From the NCBI GenBank assembly GCA_951406725.2, contig OX597833.1, forward strand, positions 61,008,001 to 61,072,000: a DNA stretch of 64,000 nt, given 5' to 3'. Source of the DNA: Octopus vulgaris. Its lineage: Eukaryota. This document shows, one piece after another, positions 41,812 to 56,044 of this stretch. Within the stretch, counting starts at the first letter, position 1. The number at the start of each line of letters is the position of its first letter. The notes under the pieces are model-generated. The model did not search any database. It had not been told where the DNA came from and worked only from the letters and a program-made list of their open reading frames with translations. The position numbers and the translations under genes were made by a program.

Positions 41812-42375
41812 ATATATATAGTTGTAGGTGTGGCTGTGTGATTGAGAACACCAATAAGGAAGAGACATTAGATAATGGGGCCTGAGATATGGGATAGTTA
41901 ACTCTTTTAATACTGAGCACCCTTGGTTCTCCATACAGATTTTTCCTTTTGAAGAGATCTAAATTAAAACCTTTCATCAAAACCTTAAATTTTCTATTGT
42001 TTTCAAAATTTATTGGAGCGAAGACAGTGTGTTTCAACAGAAATATAATAACAAAGGGGTTAAAAAAAAAAAAATGTTGAGTAGTTTCAGTAGAACCCTG
42101 TTACTAATATATTACTGAATTGTGACTGACTTGGGATTAAACAACAGCATCTGGAGTGAAACCTTAGCAATTACTTATGCCGGTGGTACGTTGAAAGTAT
42201 CCAGCATACACTGTAAAGCGGTTGGCATTAGGAAGAACATCCAGCTGTAAAACCCATGCCAAGTTTGACTAGAACTTGGTGCAGCTCTCAGACTTGCTAG
42301 CCCTGGTTAAACCATCCAACCCATGCCAGCATGGAAAAAAAACGTTTGATGATGATGATATATATATATATATAA

Positions 42376-42406
<31 letters not shown>

Positions 42407-45076
42407 TAAATAAACCTCATTTTATTTTATGTTCCAAACATCGGATTAATGATGACTAATTTTACTAAATTTTCCATTATTTTCCAAATTTATTGGAGCG
42501 AAGACAGTGTGCTGCAACAGAAATATAGTAACAAAGGGGCTAAAAACAAAAACTGCTGAGTGGTTTCAGTAGAACCCTTTTACAAATATATTTCTGGATT
42601 GCGACTCACTTGGGATTAAACAACAGCATCTGGAGTGAAACCTTAGCAATTAATAAAGGTGAAAGCCTTTACTCAGTGTGGAATGATTGAATTATCGATG
42701 TTATTGGGACTGTTTTATCATCATTTAATGTCTATTTTGCATGCTGGTTAGGCAGAAGACTGCACTAGGCTTCACTGTCTGTTTGAGCAAGGTTTTTACT
42801 GCTGGATGCCCTTCCTAACACCGTATTTATGTATGGTGTTGCTCTGTGCTTAGAAGCTAGGTTCCCAATTACATGGTCTCAAGTTCAGTCCTTCTATGTG
42901 GCACTTTGGGCTAGCATCTTCTTCAATATAACAAGTTTAAGTGTGTCTTGGGAAGATAGAGGACACTGGAAAGAAGCTTGTCCTGTGTGTGTGTTTGTGT
43001 TGGTTACTGTCTTCCTGCCTTGACATTGCAGCTTCACACGATAGTTGTAAATGTGTGTCACTGTCATACAAGCGACATCCTTAATTTTCAAACCTCCATG
43101 AAAAGATGTCTTGCCACAGGGAAATATTTTGCCTGACTTGGAAACAGGTGAATGTTGGTATCCAGCCATAGAAAATCTGTCACAACAAATCCTGTCAAAT
43201 CCATGCGATCATGGAAAAGTGGGTATTAAAATGATGAGGATGATTTTGTGCATGTGTACATTCGTGCACACACAACCAGAACACACTAAAAGTTGCTTCC
43301 CTGTGAGATCAAAGGTCACTTGACTAACAATGGAAATATTCAAATGTATATGTGCTTGGGAAGATAGAGATCGGAAGAAAAGGTGTAGATTTTTTTTTTT
43401 TTTGTATTTCCTTATTTCTTAAAAAGTGTTAATAGTAAACCTGTTCAAACCATTACTTGTCTCACTCCATTTTGCTATTTTTGTCTCTTAATATTTGTGT
43501 TTGATAGCAGCTTTGTAATATATATATATATATATATGTAAATGCACATTTCTGTGCAGATGCAAAAGCACAAAGCAGATAAAGATTCACTGCACATTTT
43601 CCCACCCAGCAACTTCCTCTCTTGAAATGCACTTGTCTAACATGGAAATATTCAAATGTATATGCGCTTATATTGAAGGGGACACCCACATAGATATATA
43701 AACGCACATCTATATAAACACATGCACACATACAGCTGTTGACATGGTGGTGCACCTGCTCTGTTATATGCACATCTTTCTCTCCCCCTGCCTTCCCCCC
43801 TATTAATAACTAATCTTTTCTTTAAGGGGAAGAGAGACACACAGACAGACGGTATGTTTAAGCCATCTTCATGGATGTTTGTTGGGCTTCAGAATATTAA
43901 GACGTAAAGTGTACTAGCCATTTGGGGGTGGGTGTTACTGAAGCTTATAGCCCCAGGAGATCATTGTCTCCAGCTGGCTTTAGACACACTTTCTGTGCCC
44001 TTCTGATATTCGATTAAAATTTTCATGATTAATCATTAATTTAAAAGAAAACAAAACAAAACAAAACAACTCTCAATGATGGGGTTTTATATTTCTAGGT
44101 TTAAGTTTTTGCCCAGGTAATAAATATAGACCAGGTTAAGGTTGCAGTATCCTGCTTAACTGCAGCAGAATTCCTCTTGCAAGTATAAGGAATGGTGTGG
44201 TTTGTGATATCCTACTTTCACATCCTTCTATTATTTCTCTATGGTTTTGTTGGGTCACTGCTTGTCTGCCTCTTCCTGTCTTTAGAATTTGTATGGTAAG
44301 CTTGAATACAGCCACCTGCAAGCTGTAGCTTGTGACATTCTCTGAATGGTTATGCCTAGCAAAAAATTACTTAGACTTTTTTTAGTAGTGTGGCCTGTTT
44401 GATGATGAGCTATGTCTCATGCTGCCAGCTTCTCAAAATGAAAGTTGCCCATGCCTTCTTGAATAGCTGTCAGTTTGTTAAATGAGGAAGAAGAGCATTT
44501 GAAACAGGTGTTAACAACATTGATCAGAAATTGCAGTAAATCTTTGCAGGTGGATGCCAATGTTGGTATTCACTCTAAGGAGGTGTGTGTGTGTGTTGCG
44601 ATATTCATTCATCAAAGTGAAATTAAGTCTACAGAAACTGAATGAAAGATTGTTGGGTGGATTTTTTTTTTTTACCTAAGTCAGTTGCAATTGTGTTACA
44701 CACTGTAGCATCTTGATTACTGATAGTACCCAAGGATTATATTAACGAACACCAGTATTTGAGGAATTATCTGCCACATTTACCATAATTTCACTGGGTG
44801 GGTGAAACAACAGGGATATATGGAATCACATGTGTTCACTCACTCATTCATTCATGATGGAGCTGTAAGGAAATTGAACTATTAGTCTCTCTCTCTCTCT
44901 CTCTCTCTCTCCTTTATCTCCATCTCTCTCATATTTGTCACCCATGCCATCATGCAAGGTAGACATTAAACGATGATGATGATCATCATCATCATTGTTT
45001 GGTGACTTCTTTCCCATGCTTGCATGGGTTGGATGTAAATTTTTTTAGGCAGATTTTCTGTAGCCTGATGCCCTTT

Positions 45077-45190
45077 CTTGACCAGAAATGGCCTGAACTC
45101 TTTGCATGAACACCACCCTGTACATAACTCCATGTCCCTACATGGCCTTGCTTTTTGCTTTTTGAGCCAAAAAATTAACTTAACTTAACT
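45077..45190 (+). mobile_element. CR1/L2-type LINE 3' tail fragment
   Basis: Near-identical to 20689-20804 (TGAACACCACCCTGTACATAACTCCATG...GAGCCAAAAAATTAACT); inserted in a family C element. Confidence 0.85.
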
Positions 45191-46820
45191 TTCACCAACT
45201 CTCCTCTATTTCCTAGTATTTCCTTGTCTTGGCAATACGTGATAGCTGCAAACAGGTGCCACCGTCATACAGTGGTCTCCTTTGTTTCCAATCTACCATG
45301 AAAACACATCCAGTCATGGAGAATGGCACCTGTTTGCAGCTGTCATGTAATGCCAAGACAAGGAAATACCATCTCACACACACACACACACTCAACTGGT
45401 TTCTTTCAGTTTCCATCTACCAAATCAACTCGCATGGCTATAGATGTGTGTGTGTATGTGTGTGACAAGGTGAGTTGGCAGTGGTGTGCCAGACTACCTT
45501 GGGATATCTGTTTCAACTATTGGCTTTGATTTCAAATCCAACCAAAGTAAATGTTACCTTTCATCTGTGGCAGGGTGAGGGTGGCTGATTTAAAAAAAAA
45601 GTTCCACTCCAGTATTGAGTCTGAGTTTTCTCTTTCACTTTCTGTTTAGGCTTGAGAAGGTATGGGGTGTGCCAGGTTTAACATCTCTAAGACACCTATA
45701 AACTTTGCCTTTCATCCTTTCGGGGTTGATAAATTAAGTACCAGTTACACACTGGGGTTGATGTAATCGGCTTAATCCCTTTGTCTGTCCTTGTTTGTCC
45801 CCTCTATGTTTAGCCCCTTGTGAGCAATAAAGAAATCAGATAGTTAATTATTTTAAAAATTCATTGAACAAGCATATTTCATTAAAATGCTTGTAATGGA
45901 AGGGTTGAAAGTTTCTCAGTTGGGGTGGTCTCCTTTGACTTCACTGCTTTGGTCAGGATTGAATTCACAATTCCAGGTGAATTCAATTCATAATCACATT
46001 CAATAGCATTTATTGTTCTTGTAGCTGTTGTTAAGATGAAGATTTTTATTACCATTTAAGCCAAAATTATTCAATTGGAACCATTTACACCTCTAACTTG
46101 CCAAGAACTGTAGGATATTCTGGCATACAATTATGGAGATCTTGTAGAGTAATTAGCAAATAGTAGTTGTAACAGCATCAGTAGTTGTATCAGGAGTAGT
46201 TGTAGCAGCAGTAGTAGTAGTAGTAGCAGCAGCAGCAGTGATTTTAGTAACAACAATTCTAGCAACTGTTTTCTAAGGTAGGCACAAGGCCTGAAAATTT
46301 GAGTGGAAAGGGTTAGTCTATTAAATTGATGCCTTTACCCTACTGATAATTGACACCCTTCACTTTCCAGGAGAGTATAAAGGGCAAAGTTAGCTTCAGT
46401 GTGATTTGATCTCAGGACATAGCCTGAACAAATACCACACAACATTAGCAATAATAATAATAATAATAATAATGATGTATACTAATGAAACCATGAGGAA
46501 TGGTATCTATTTACAGCTGGGTGAACTTAGCCAATTAAGAGTTTAATATCATTGGCTGTGGACAATGGCATATAAAAGTACTTCATCATCGGCTTTCTAG
46601 TGAGTTGGTTAGAACCAATTCAACCTATCCAGTTGCAGATTTCTTCAAATATGCAAGAGTGCAAAGGGTCATTCTAACCATTCTAACTGGGGTCACCAGA
46701 TTTTTTTTTGGTGTAGCTGACACCAACTGCTTGCATGATAATTTAGCTTTTATTCTAACTCCTCAGTTTAGGATAAGCAAACAAATCAGTTTCCCCTGTT
46801 GAATAATGACTATTATTATT

Positions 46821-46864
<44 letters not shown>

Positions 46865-46889
46865 TATTATTATTATTATTATTAATGAT

Positions 46890-47540
46890 ATTAAAGCAAC
46901 AAGCTGGCAGAATCGTTACCATGCCGAGCAAATTGCTTAGTGGCATTTCTTCTGATTTTATGTTCTGAGTTCAAATTCTGCTGGGGTCGACTTTGCCTTT
47001 CATCCTTTCAGGGTCAATATAATGAACTAGCCCTCCCACCACCATTTCAGGCCTTGTACCTAAGTAGAAAAGTTTGTTATTGTTATCGTCAAGAAGGGGG
47101 CAAGCTGGTAGAATCATTAGGATGTCCAATAAAATGTTTAGTGGCATTTCCTCCAGCTCTTTAGATTCTGGTATCAAATTCCACTGAAGTCAATTGTATC
47201 TGTCATCATTCCAGGGTCAACAAAATAAGTAACAGTCAAGTGCTAGGGTTGATGTAATTGGCTTTCCCTCCCTCCCCTCAAAAATTGCTGGCCTAGTACC
47301 AAAATTAGAAGGAATTATTATTATGATCGTCATTATCATCAACAAAGTAGTGGTGAGCTTACAGAGTCATTAGTGATTTAGCATTTCCTCCAGCTGGGTT
47401 CAAATTCAACTGAGCTCAACTTCACCTTTCGTCCTTTTTGGGTCGTTAAAATAAGTCCCAGTTGAGCACTGGCGTTGATGTACTCAACTTACACTCTCCT
47501 TTAAAAGTGTCGGGGGTTTTGTGTCAAAATTTGATACCCT
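46890..47540 (+). mobile_element. Three head-to-tail degenerate SINE A-type copies
   Basis: Repeated AGCTGG.AGAATC.TTA...TCAAATTC...CTTTC.TCC segments, each ending in an AT-rich tail. Confidence 0.75.
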
Positions 47541-47996
47541 TATTGCTGTTGCTGTTGTTTTGTCTCTGTCCATTATATTTGACACACTCTAAACAAACTA
47601 ACATATTTACCTGTGATTTTGACATTGTTATATTTGCTCTTTTGAATGTCAGCAATGGATGGCATTGGTTGCTAATATAAGCATCATGTTCTCCTTAAAT
47701 GTTAGGGGGATGTGTGTGTGTGTGTGCATCTATCTATCTATCTATCTATCTATATATATATATATATATATTTTTTTTTTTCTTCTTAGTTTTGGAAATT
47801 CTGTATCTGTGTATGTATTTAAATCAGTTGATGTATGTATGCATGAATGTGTATATAATGACAGACAGACATAGAGTGTGTGTTGTTACATTAGCAAACT
47901 TTTTCATAGAACAAAACAAGAAAAGCTAAAGCTTACAGGGCAGTTTAGTTTTACAAGGAAAATTCTGTGTAGTGTTGATGGGGGGGGGGGTCTATA

Positions 47997-48226
47997 TATT
48001 TCTTTACTACCCACAAGGGGCTAAACATAGAGGGGACAAACAAGGACAGACAAAAGGATTAAGTCGATTACATCGACCCCAGTGCGTAACTGGTACTTAA
48101 TTTATCGACCCCGAAAGGATGAAAGGCAAAGTCGACCTCGGCGGAATTTGAACTCGGAACGTAACGACAGACGAAATACTGCTACGAATTTCACCCGGCG
48201 TGCTAACGTTTCTACCAGCTCGCCGC
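47997..48226 (-). mobile_element. SINE family A, full length
   Basis: Near-consensus copy flanked on both sides by a G-run (probable TSD). Confidence 0.9.
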
Positions 48227-50149
48227 GGGGGGGGTATGTGTATAAGCAGCATTATAGGATTATCCAAACCCCAGCCTCCAACCCTTGCAACACCAATTGT
48301 GTGTGTATGCTTAAGTATTAGTTCAAACAACAAAGATTCTTATGATATAAATGTGAAAAGCATATTTGCTTGTGTAATTACTGTAGTTTTAGGTTGGGGA
48401 TCAGGCGTAACGAACTGAATTTTTTGTGACTGGGATTAAAATATGTCTTAATGGTGTTAATAGAAGAGAAAGGAGCTGGGGATTATTACAGTTAATTAAG
48501 GGTTTTACTTTGATAGGAAATAATAATAAGAAGAAAATGCAAACAGCTGGAGAACTTTTTAAAGTGTAAACAATCTGTTGTTATAATTTAGACACCTGTA
48601 GCCTATGTATAGTAATTACAGGTACCCACATTTGATATTTGCTGGTGGAGACAATGTTTGTAATTACTGGTACCAATATTTCTGATGTTGAAAAAGCAGT
48701 ATTTGCATGAATTCGTGAACTAGGGAATCAGCATCTACCAGCAGAGCTAACGCACCTGTCACCTACCTATTGGCCCTCATATACACTTACCTGCATACCT
48801 ACCTATCCAATCGGCACATGTCTACTTACCCATCTAGTAGTCTACTCATTAACCGTATTTGTTTGTTTTAATTAAATTTGAAATTAATCAAGAATTTGGA
48901 GGGATTTAATCAAATTTCCTTTTCATTAAGTTAGTGTCTGGAAACAGCTTAAATTAATGAAAAGCTCTTATCTCTAATCATGATAAGTTTTAATCAAAAT
49001 AGTATTTTGAAATAAAAGTATCAGGTGACCAGGTGGGTTGGTATTAAAAGGGTTAAGATTTTTGGCTAGGATTAGATGAGTTAAGCAAGGATTTCAGAAT
49101 TGAAGTAGTATGAAAAAATATATTTCCTCAATGAGTACAACTGATGATCTTTTTTTTGATTGGTATTCCACCTCTTTCATACCCTTGAAAGGAACATATC
49201 TGTGTTTGCACTGTCACTAAAACACCCCTAGACGTTTCATGAATGCTCAGAATATTTCTCAATATAAACATAAGACCAAAGAGGTGACTTATGGACATGT
49301 TCCACCCATCTCTCCCTATTATTGTTCAAAACAGTGTTGGCCTTACTGGCCGCTACTATCAGACGGAACAACTGGCCATATCAGATATCATTTGGAGATT
49401 TCTGTACCCTGTAATTTTTAATATCCAGGATCACTCAACTATATTGATGTTATTGGCACAGACACATAACATGAAAGTGAAGATCTACTAAATCTAATGG
49501 AAAGACAGAGATTTCTGGTGCACCATTGAGAAATGCATCTTGGTTGTGGCTGCTGGAAGATAGGTAGGTAGGTAGGTAGATAGATAGGTGGAGTGATAGA
49601 GTTAGTTAGATAGGTAATTAATAGACAGATTGCTATAATCACTGTAATCGCAACGATATTCAGTTATTCCTAGACATCTCCACCTTCTTGGCCCTCATAG
49701 TGTTAATTATATCCTTTTAATTAAAGATGTGTTAAAAATAACATATGTAGTTAGAGTTAGTTGGCTGTTCACTGATGATTGCAACTTAATCAGACTCACC
49801 CACCTCTCAAAAGTTATTCTTATTGAAGCAGGTCTTGTAACAAGCAAGGTGTCACATTCAGAAAGTGAAACCCTATCCAGCCAGCCCACCCAGATAGCCA
49901 AGACACCCACCCTGGGTGCTGTACTACTTTAGTGATATCCATCATTAGTGCCAAAGTACAAATTTGTAAAGTATAGCCATTTTTTTCTTTATCCCCACAT
50001 TACTAATTATTCTGTTGTTCCAAGGGAATAAAATTCTTAGTTGCTTCCAGTGGGTTTGAACCTAGATCATAGAGGAATGACTGTACAAACTTACTGAGAG
50101 ATATTTTCTCGGGTACCTCATCACTGCTACTACTACTAATAATAATTCT

Positions 50150-51530
50150 GATGTAAATGCAAAGTGACCGTCTTTGGCACTGAGGAGTTAGTCAATACCA
50201 TAAGGCCCAAGATTTTGACTGGTGCTTGATTTCCTCAAGCTCGAAAGGATGAAAAGCCAATTCAGTCTCAGTAGGATTTGAACTTGGAATGTAATGAGCC
50301 AGAACAAAGGCTGCAAAGCATTTTTTTTTCTTTCTGACACTCTGATTCTGCGAACTCAGATCCCTAGAAATATCTGATAATTTAAGCAATGGAGCCCAAC
50401 AATTTTGATAGGTGGGGATTAGTCAATTTCATTGACCCCTAATTCTTGACTTGTACTTCATTTTATAAGCTTCAGAGATGAAGGCCACTCCACCACCCTT
50501 TTACAACAACAACAACAATAATAATAATAATAATCCCTTCTACTATAGGCACAAAGCCTGAAATTGGGTGGGGTGGGGTTGATCACATTGACCCCAATGT
50601 TTCACTGGTACTTAATTTATTGACCCTGAAAGGATGAACGACAAAGTTAACATTGGCAGAATTTGAACTCAGAATGTTGGGACATTTTGCTCAGCATGCT
50701 ACCAATGCTGCTAGCTCACTGCCTTAATAATGATAATAATCCTTTCTACTAAAGTCATAAGGCCTGGAATTTTGGGGGAGGGGGACTAGTCAATTACATC
50801 GACCCTAGTGTTTCACTGGTGCTTAATTTATTGGCTCCAAAAGGATAAAAGGCAAAGTCAACCTTAATAATAATAATAATCCTTTCTACTATAAGCACAA
50901 GGCCTGAAATTTGTGGGGGGGGGATGAGTCGATTATATCGACCTCAGTCTTCAACTGGTACCTATTTTATCAACCCTAAAAGGATGAAAGGCAAAGTCAA
51001 CCTTGATGGAATTTGAACTCAGAATGTAAAGACGGACAAAATGTGGCTGAGCATTTTGCCTGCCATGCTAATGATATTGCAAGCTTGCTGCCTTATTAAT
51101 AGCTTCAAATTTTGCCTCAAGGGCAGCAACTTTTTTTTGGGGGGGGGATGAGTCGATTATATCGACCCTAGTGCGTAACTGGTACTTAATTTATCGACCC
51201 CTGAAAGGATGAAAGGCAAAGTGGACCTCGGCAGAATTTGAACTCAGAATGGAGTGACAGGCGAAACACTGCTAAGCATTTTGTCCAGCATGCTAACGAT
51301 TATTATTTCTTTATTGCCCACAAGGGGACAAACAAGGACAGACAAAGGGATTAAGTCGATTACATCGACCCTAGTGCGTAACTGGTACTTAATTTATCGA
51401 CCCCGAAAGAATGAAAGGCAAAGACGACCTCGGCGGAATTTGAACTCAGAACGTAACCGCAGACGAAATACCGCTAAGCGTTTCGCCTGGCGCGCTAATG
51501 ATTCTGCCAGCTTATCACCTTTGCTGCCTT
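50150..51530 (-). mobile_element. Tandem stack of at least 6 SINE A-type copies in the same orientation
   Basis: Repeated CCTTTCTACTA.AGGCACAAGGCCTGAAATT...CTGGTACTTAATTTAT...AGGATGAAAGGCAAAGT units separated by (AAT)n; the youngest-looking copy is at 51303-51520. Confidence 0.85.
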
Positions 51531-52448
51531 ATTAATCGCAATGAAAATGATGATGATGATGATGATGATGTTATATGATGCAGTGTTTCCTGCAACCTGG
51601 TTACTCTGGTTGTTTTAGGCTTTATGTCGTCCAACTATTTTGTCAATGATTCTGATTGGAAGCTGTTCGGGAAGAGTTAAATCAAGTAAACAGCCACAGT
51701 GTTTGCACAGCTCCTCTGCTAAAAGGGATCACACAACACAGTGAGATGGGGTCACACAGCTGATGAGGAGGACGAGGAGGAGACTGGTGGTGGTGGTGGT
51801 GGTGGTGGTGGGGAGACTTTTCCTTGCTTCCTGCATCCATGGCTGGCTGCACTGTGTGTGTGTCTGTGTGTCCCTTAACACTTGCACCGGGATGTGTGTG
51901 TGTGTGTGTGTGCATCTCTACAACTCACTGTTGTGTGTCTGTGTTCCTTTACCATTTAGTGTGTAGTTATGTATAATTCTCGACTGTGTGTGTGTGTGTG
52001 TGTGTCTTTTATAACACACTGTGTATGTGTCAGTCTTTGTATGTATGTATGTATGTATGTGTAAGCACTCTCCTTAGAAATGTGTATGTGTGTGTGAGAC
52101 AGAGAGAGAGAAAGAGTATTCCTTGCTTCTGCATTACACTGTGTGGGAGGATCAATATTATTTAGCCCTAGGACAACATAATCCTGTGTGTAGTGCGCTT
52201 GTGCGTCCTTATTGAAGGCTCTGAGCTTTTGAGGGAGATTTAGCTGCTATTACTACCATGTGTGAGTCTCCCCCCCCCCCATGTAAAAAGGCTCCCATCT
52301 CTTGATAAACACCGAGGGTGGTGGCAGCAGTGATGCTGATGCTGGGCTCCTGACACAAATTACTTTAGGGAGCCATTAAACCCCATTCACATATATCCCT
52401 CCAATACTAAGAAATTATAAAACAGAACGTCTGTGTGTGTGTAATAAA

Positions 52449-52467
52449 TACACACACACACACACAC

Positions 52468-52557
<90 letters not shown>

Positions 52558-52568
52558 ACACACACACA

Positions 52569-52637
<69 letters not shown>

Positions 52638-52757
52638 TTGGAGGTGGTGATGGCAGGAGAAGGGTATGTGTATATATATATCCTTCTCTTGCCATCACCA
52701 CCTCCAAATAAAAAAAAAACTGAGATACTTTCAGGGTCAGAGGTGAACTTCACTGTG

Positions 52758-52808
<51 letters not shown>
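52449..52808. repeat. Compound (CA)n/(TA)n tract and (CT)n tract
   Basis: Visible directly at 52449-52635 and 52761-52808. Confidence 0.95.
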
Positions 52809-52812
<4 letters not shown>

Positions 52813-52962
52813 ATTTTATCAAATTTATAACTCTTTCCCTCTCTTCCTCCTCCCCCTCCGCCTCCGCGTATATAGCCCTTCCTCCCCTCCCCGCCCGCCT
52901 TCCCCCCCCCCCTTCCTCTAGGGTTTATTACAACTGTCTCTCAACCATCTGCTGCTAATCTC

Positions 52963-52994
<32 letters not shown>

Positions 52995-53775
52995 GATGTT
53001 GTCAACATCATTACCATCGTCGTCATCATTATCACATATTATCATCATCATCATCATAATCATCATGGTCGTCGTCGTCGACATCATTCCCCCCCCTCCG
53101 ACTCTCTCTTTCTTGCATCCTCTTTGTTGGCTGTTGTTGAGTTGTGATTCCAATACATACACACGCAAGGCAGGAAGCTCCTATCCTCCCTACCCCTACC
53201 CCTACCCCACTCTCTCTCTCTCTCTCTCTCTCTCCTCTCAGCTCAGCTCCCACAACAGCAGCAGCAGCAGTGCCCAAGCAGGCAGACAAACACTCTAGGG
53301 TTCCCCCTTTCCCCCCTTTTTTTTTTTTTTTTTTGAGAATGATAACCTCTTATAAGCTGGCAGAGGTGGTGGTGGTGTAAGTGAGAGGAGCAACACGCGC
53401 GCGTGTGCACACACACACACGCACACACACACACATTCATACACACACGCACGCATACACTTACACAAGGGACCAACCAAACTAAGGTTTTTTTTTTTCT
53501 TCTATTTTTCCCACTCCTTGACTACTTTTCTTTCAAGGCAGAAGGATTTACACACAACACACAACACTCTCTCTCTCTCTGTCTGTCCATTTGTCTCTCT
53601 CTCTCTCTCTCTCTCTCCCCTCTTCGCTTTCTCCTTTGTCTTTTAAAGTGGTGTTTGTATTGGGGAGGAGGGAGATATGTGAGATCCAATGTCCAGGTAT
53701 GTGTTGTTTGTTATCTTTACCATTATTGTTGTTGTTGTTATTGTTTGGATTGAGGACAACTCCACAAGTGCATTT

Positions 53776-53815
<40 letters not shown>

Positions 53816-54844
53816 CAGCTGGGTTTTGGACTTAAATGTTCTTTGTTCAGGATTTTCACTGTGTCACCTGCCTCTTCTCTCTCTCTGTCTATACATCACC
53901 ACCATAACAACAACAACATCAGTTTACCAATGTTAAAATCTAGCCAATTTACTATTATTAAATGTATTCTTTGAAGTTCATGATGATGATGATGATGATG
54001 TCGCTGTGGCAATTACATTATCATCATCATCTTCATCTTCTTCGTTATCTTTATCTTCATCATCGTTATTAATCTGCCTTTGATTTGTCAGGGATTAGTT
54101 TAAGATAAAGATACACACATGATGTAAAATCTTGTATTTGTTGCTAATTATACATACATGCATATACACACAATCTATCTGTATGTATGCACGCGTGCAC
54201 GCACACACACACACACACATTATTAAGACTTGTATATCCACATGTATCTTCCATGTACGATTATATATATATATATATATATTGCATGTACATATTATAT
54301 ACACACGCATATTAGATTACATTACATGCATGCATGCATATATTAGATTACATTATAATATATATGAAGTATTCCTGTTTAACAACATTTTATATATTTG
54401 TATCTCGGTGTGTGTATGTGCCTGAACAATTAAAACAGACTTTACACAGCTATTACTATGAGGTTATGGGGGTTCTTCTTTTTTTTTTAGTTCCTTTACC
54501 AAGATATAGTAATGTGAAACTTGTAGAAACTGCAATTCTAATTAGCGTTAATATTATTATTATTTATCATTATGCTACTGATGTCGACTCTGCGCTTCAT
54601 CCTTTCGGGGTGTCGATAGGATAAATACCACTTGAGTGCTTGGGGTTAGCATAACCAAACCGACTTTTACCCCCCCGATCCCACAAAACTGCTGGCCTTG
54701 TGCCAAAATTTGAAGCCAATATTATCGTTTATTAGTGTTATTATTGTTATTTACTCTATCGTGTACTTTTTCCTGAGGCATGTGAGAGTGTAGCCATTCA
54801 CATGCAGACTCCTATGTATCCGATGAACATCCTCTACATGCAAG

Positions 54845-55345
54845 ATCTATCTGTCTACCTACTCATCCATCTACCTCTCTACCTATTTATCTACCTACCT
54901 ACCCATCTATCTATCTATCTACTTACCTATCTATCTATCTACCTACCTATGTACCTACCTACCTATCTATCAATCTATCTACCTACCTATCTCTCTACTT
55001 ATCTATCTTCCTTATCTACCTACCTACCTACCTACCTACCTATCTATCTACCCATCTACCTACCTACCTATCTATCTATCTACTTATCTATGTACCCATC
55101 TACCTATCTACCTACCTACCTATCTATTTATCTATCTACCTACCTACCTATCTATTTATCTATCTACCTACCTTTCTGTCTACCTATCTATCTACCCATC
55201 TACCTACCTACCCATCTATCTATCAATTTATATACCTACCTACCTATCTATCAATTTATATATCTACCTACCTATCTATCTACCTATCTTTCTGTCTACC
55301 TATCTATTTATCTACCTGTCTATCTATCTACCTATCCATCCATCC
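54845..55345. repeat. (CTAT/CTAC)n tetranucleotide array of about 500 bp
   Basis: Visible directly; it produces the spurious YLPT/YLSI ORF 54802..55431. Confidence 0.95.
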
Positions 55346-55711
55346 ACTGGAACTACACATTCTCACACACACTGTTCTTGTTGTTTATAGTGATAACCTG
55401 TGCAGTCCTTCAATTCTTTGTTTTGATGTAAAAGTTGAGCAACAGTCATAGAAATAGTTTTAATGTTGGAACAGAGTTTATCACACACAGCTGCACAACA
55501 TTACCACACACACACACATACACACACTCTCTCTTACATACATAATTATTACCACACACACACACACTTCATTCAGTGAATAAACCCCTCCTTCCATCTC
55601 CAGCTTTTTCTTTTCTTCATAAACTATTTCAATATTGAATGGAATATAGTGAGGTCTACTTCATGGCTTCACTTTATTTATACTCTCTGTGTCTCTGCTT
55701 CTATCACACTT

Positions 55712-55767
<56 letters not shown>

Positions 55768-56044
55768 CCCGTGTATGTGTGTGTGTGTATGTATATATGT
55801 GTATATATTTCTGTTTGTATATATATCTCTCTCTCTCCATCTATCTATCTTTTTAATCTCTCCTACAAACTATTCTCGCTATCATTAAACTTTTTAATTA
55901 TAATTGAGACATAAAATGCTGTCTCTCCCCTCATGGCCATCCTTTAATAACTGAGTCTACCACAGGCATTCTTTGTGGTTGCTTGATTTGCTAAAAAAAA
56001 AAAAAAACATAGTACCCGGCTCTCCCTCATATAACACTCTACTA

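Noticed and set aside
53689-53696. ATG TCC AG as a coding micro first exon
   Set aside because: Phase 2, so out of frame with both GSE1 acceptors; kept only as a possible non-coding exon or uORF.
54802-55431. 209-aa ORF, the longest in the track
   Set aside because: It is simply the (CTAT/CTAC)n array read in a stop-free frame.
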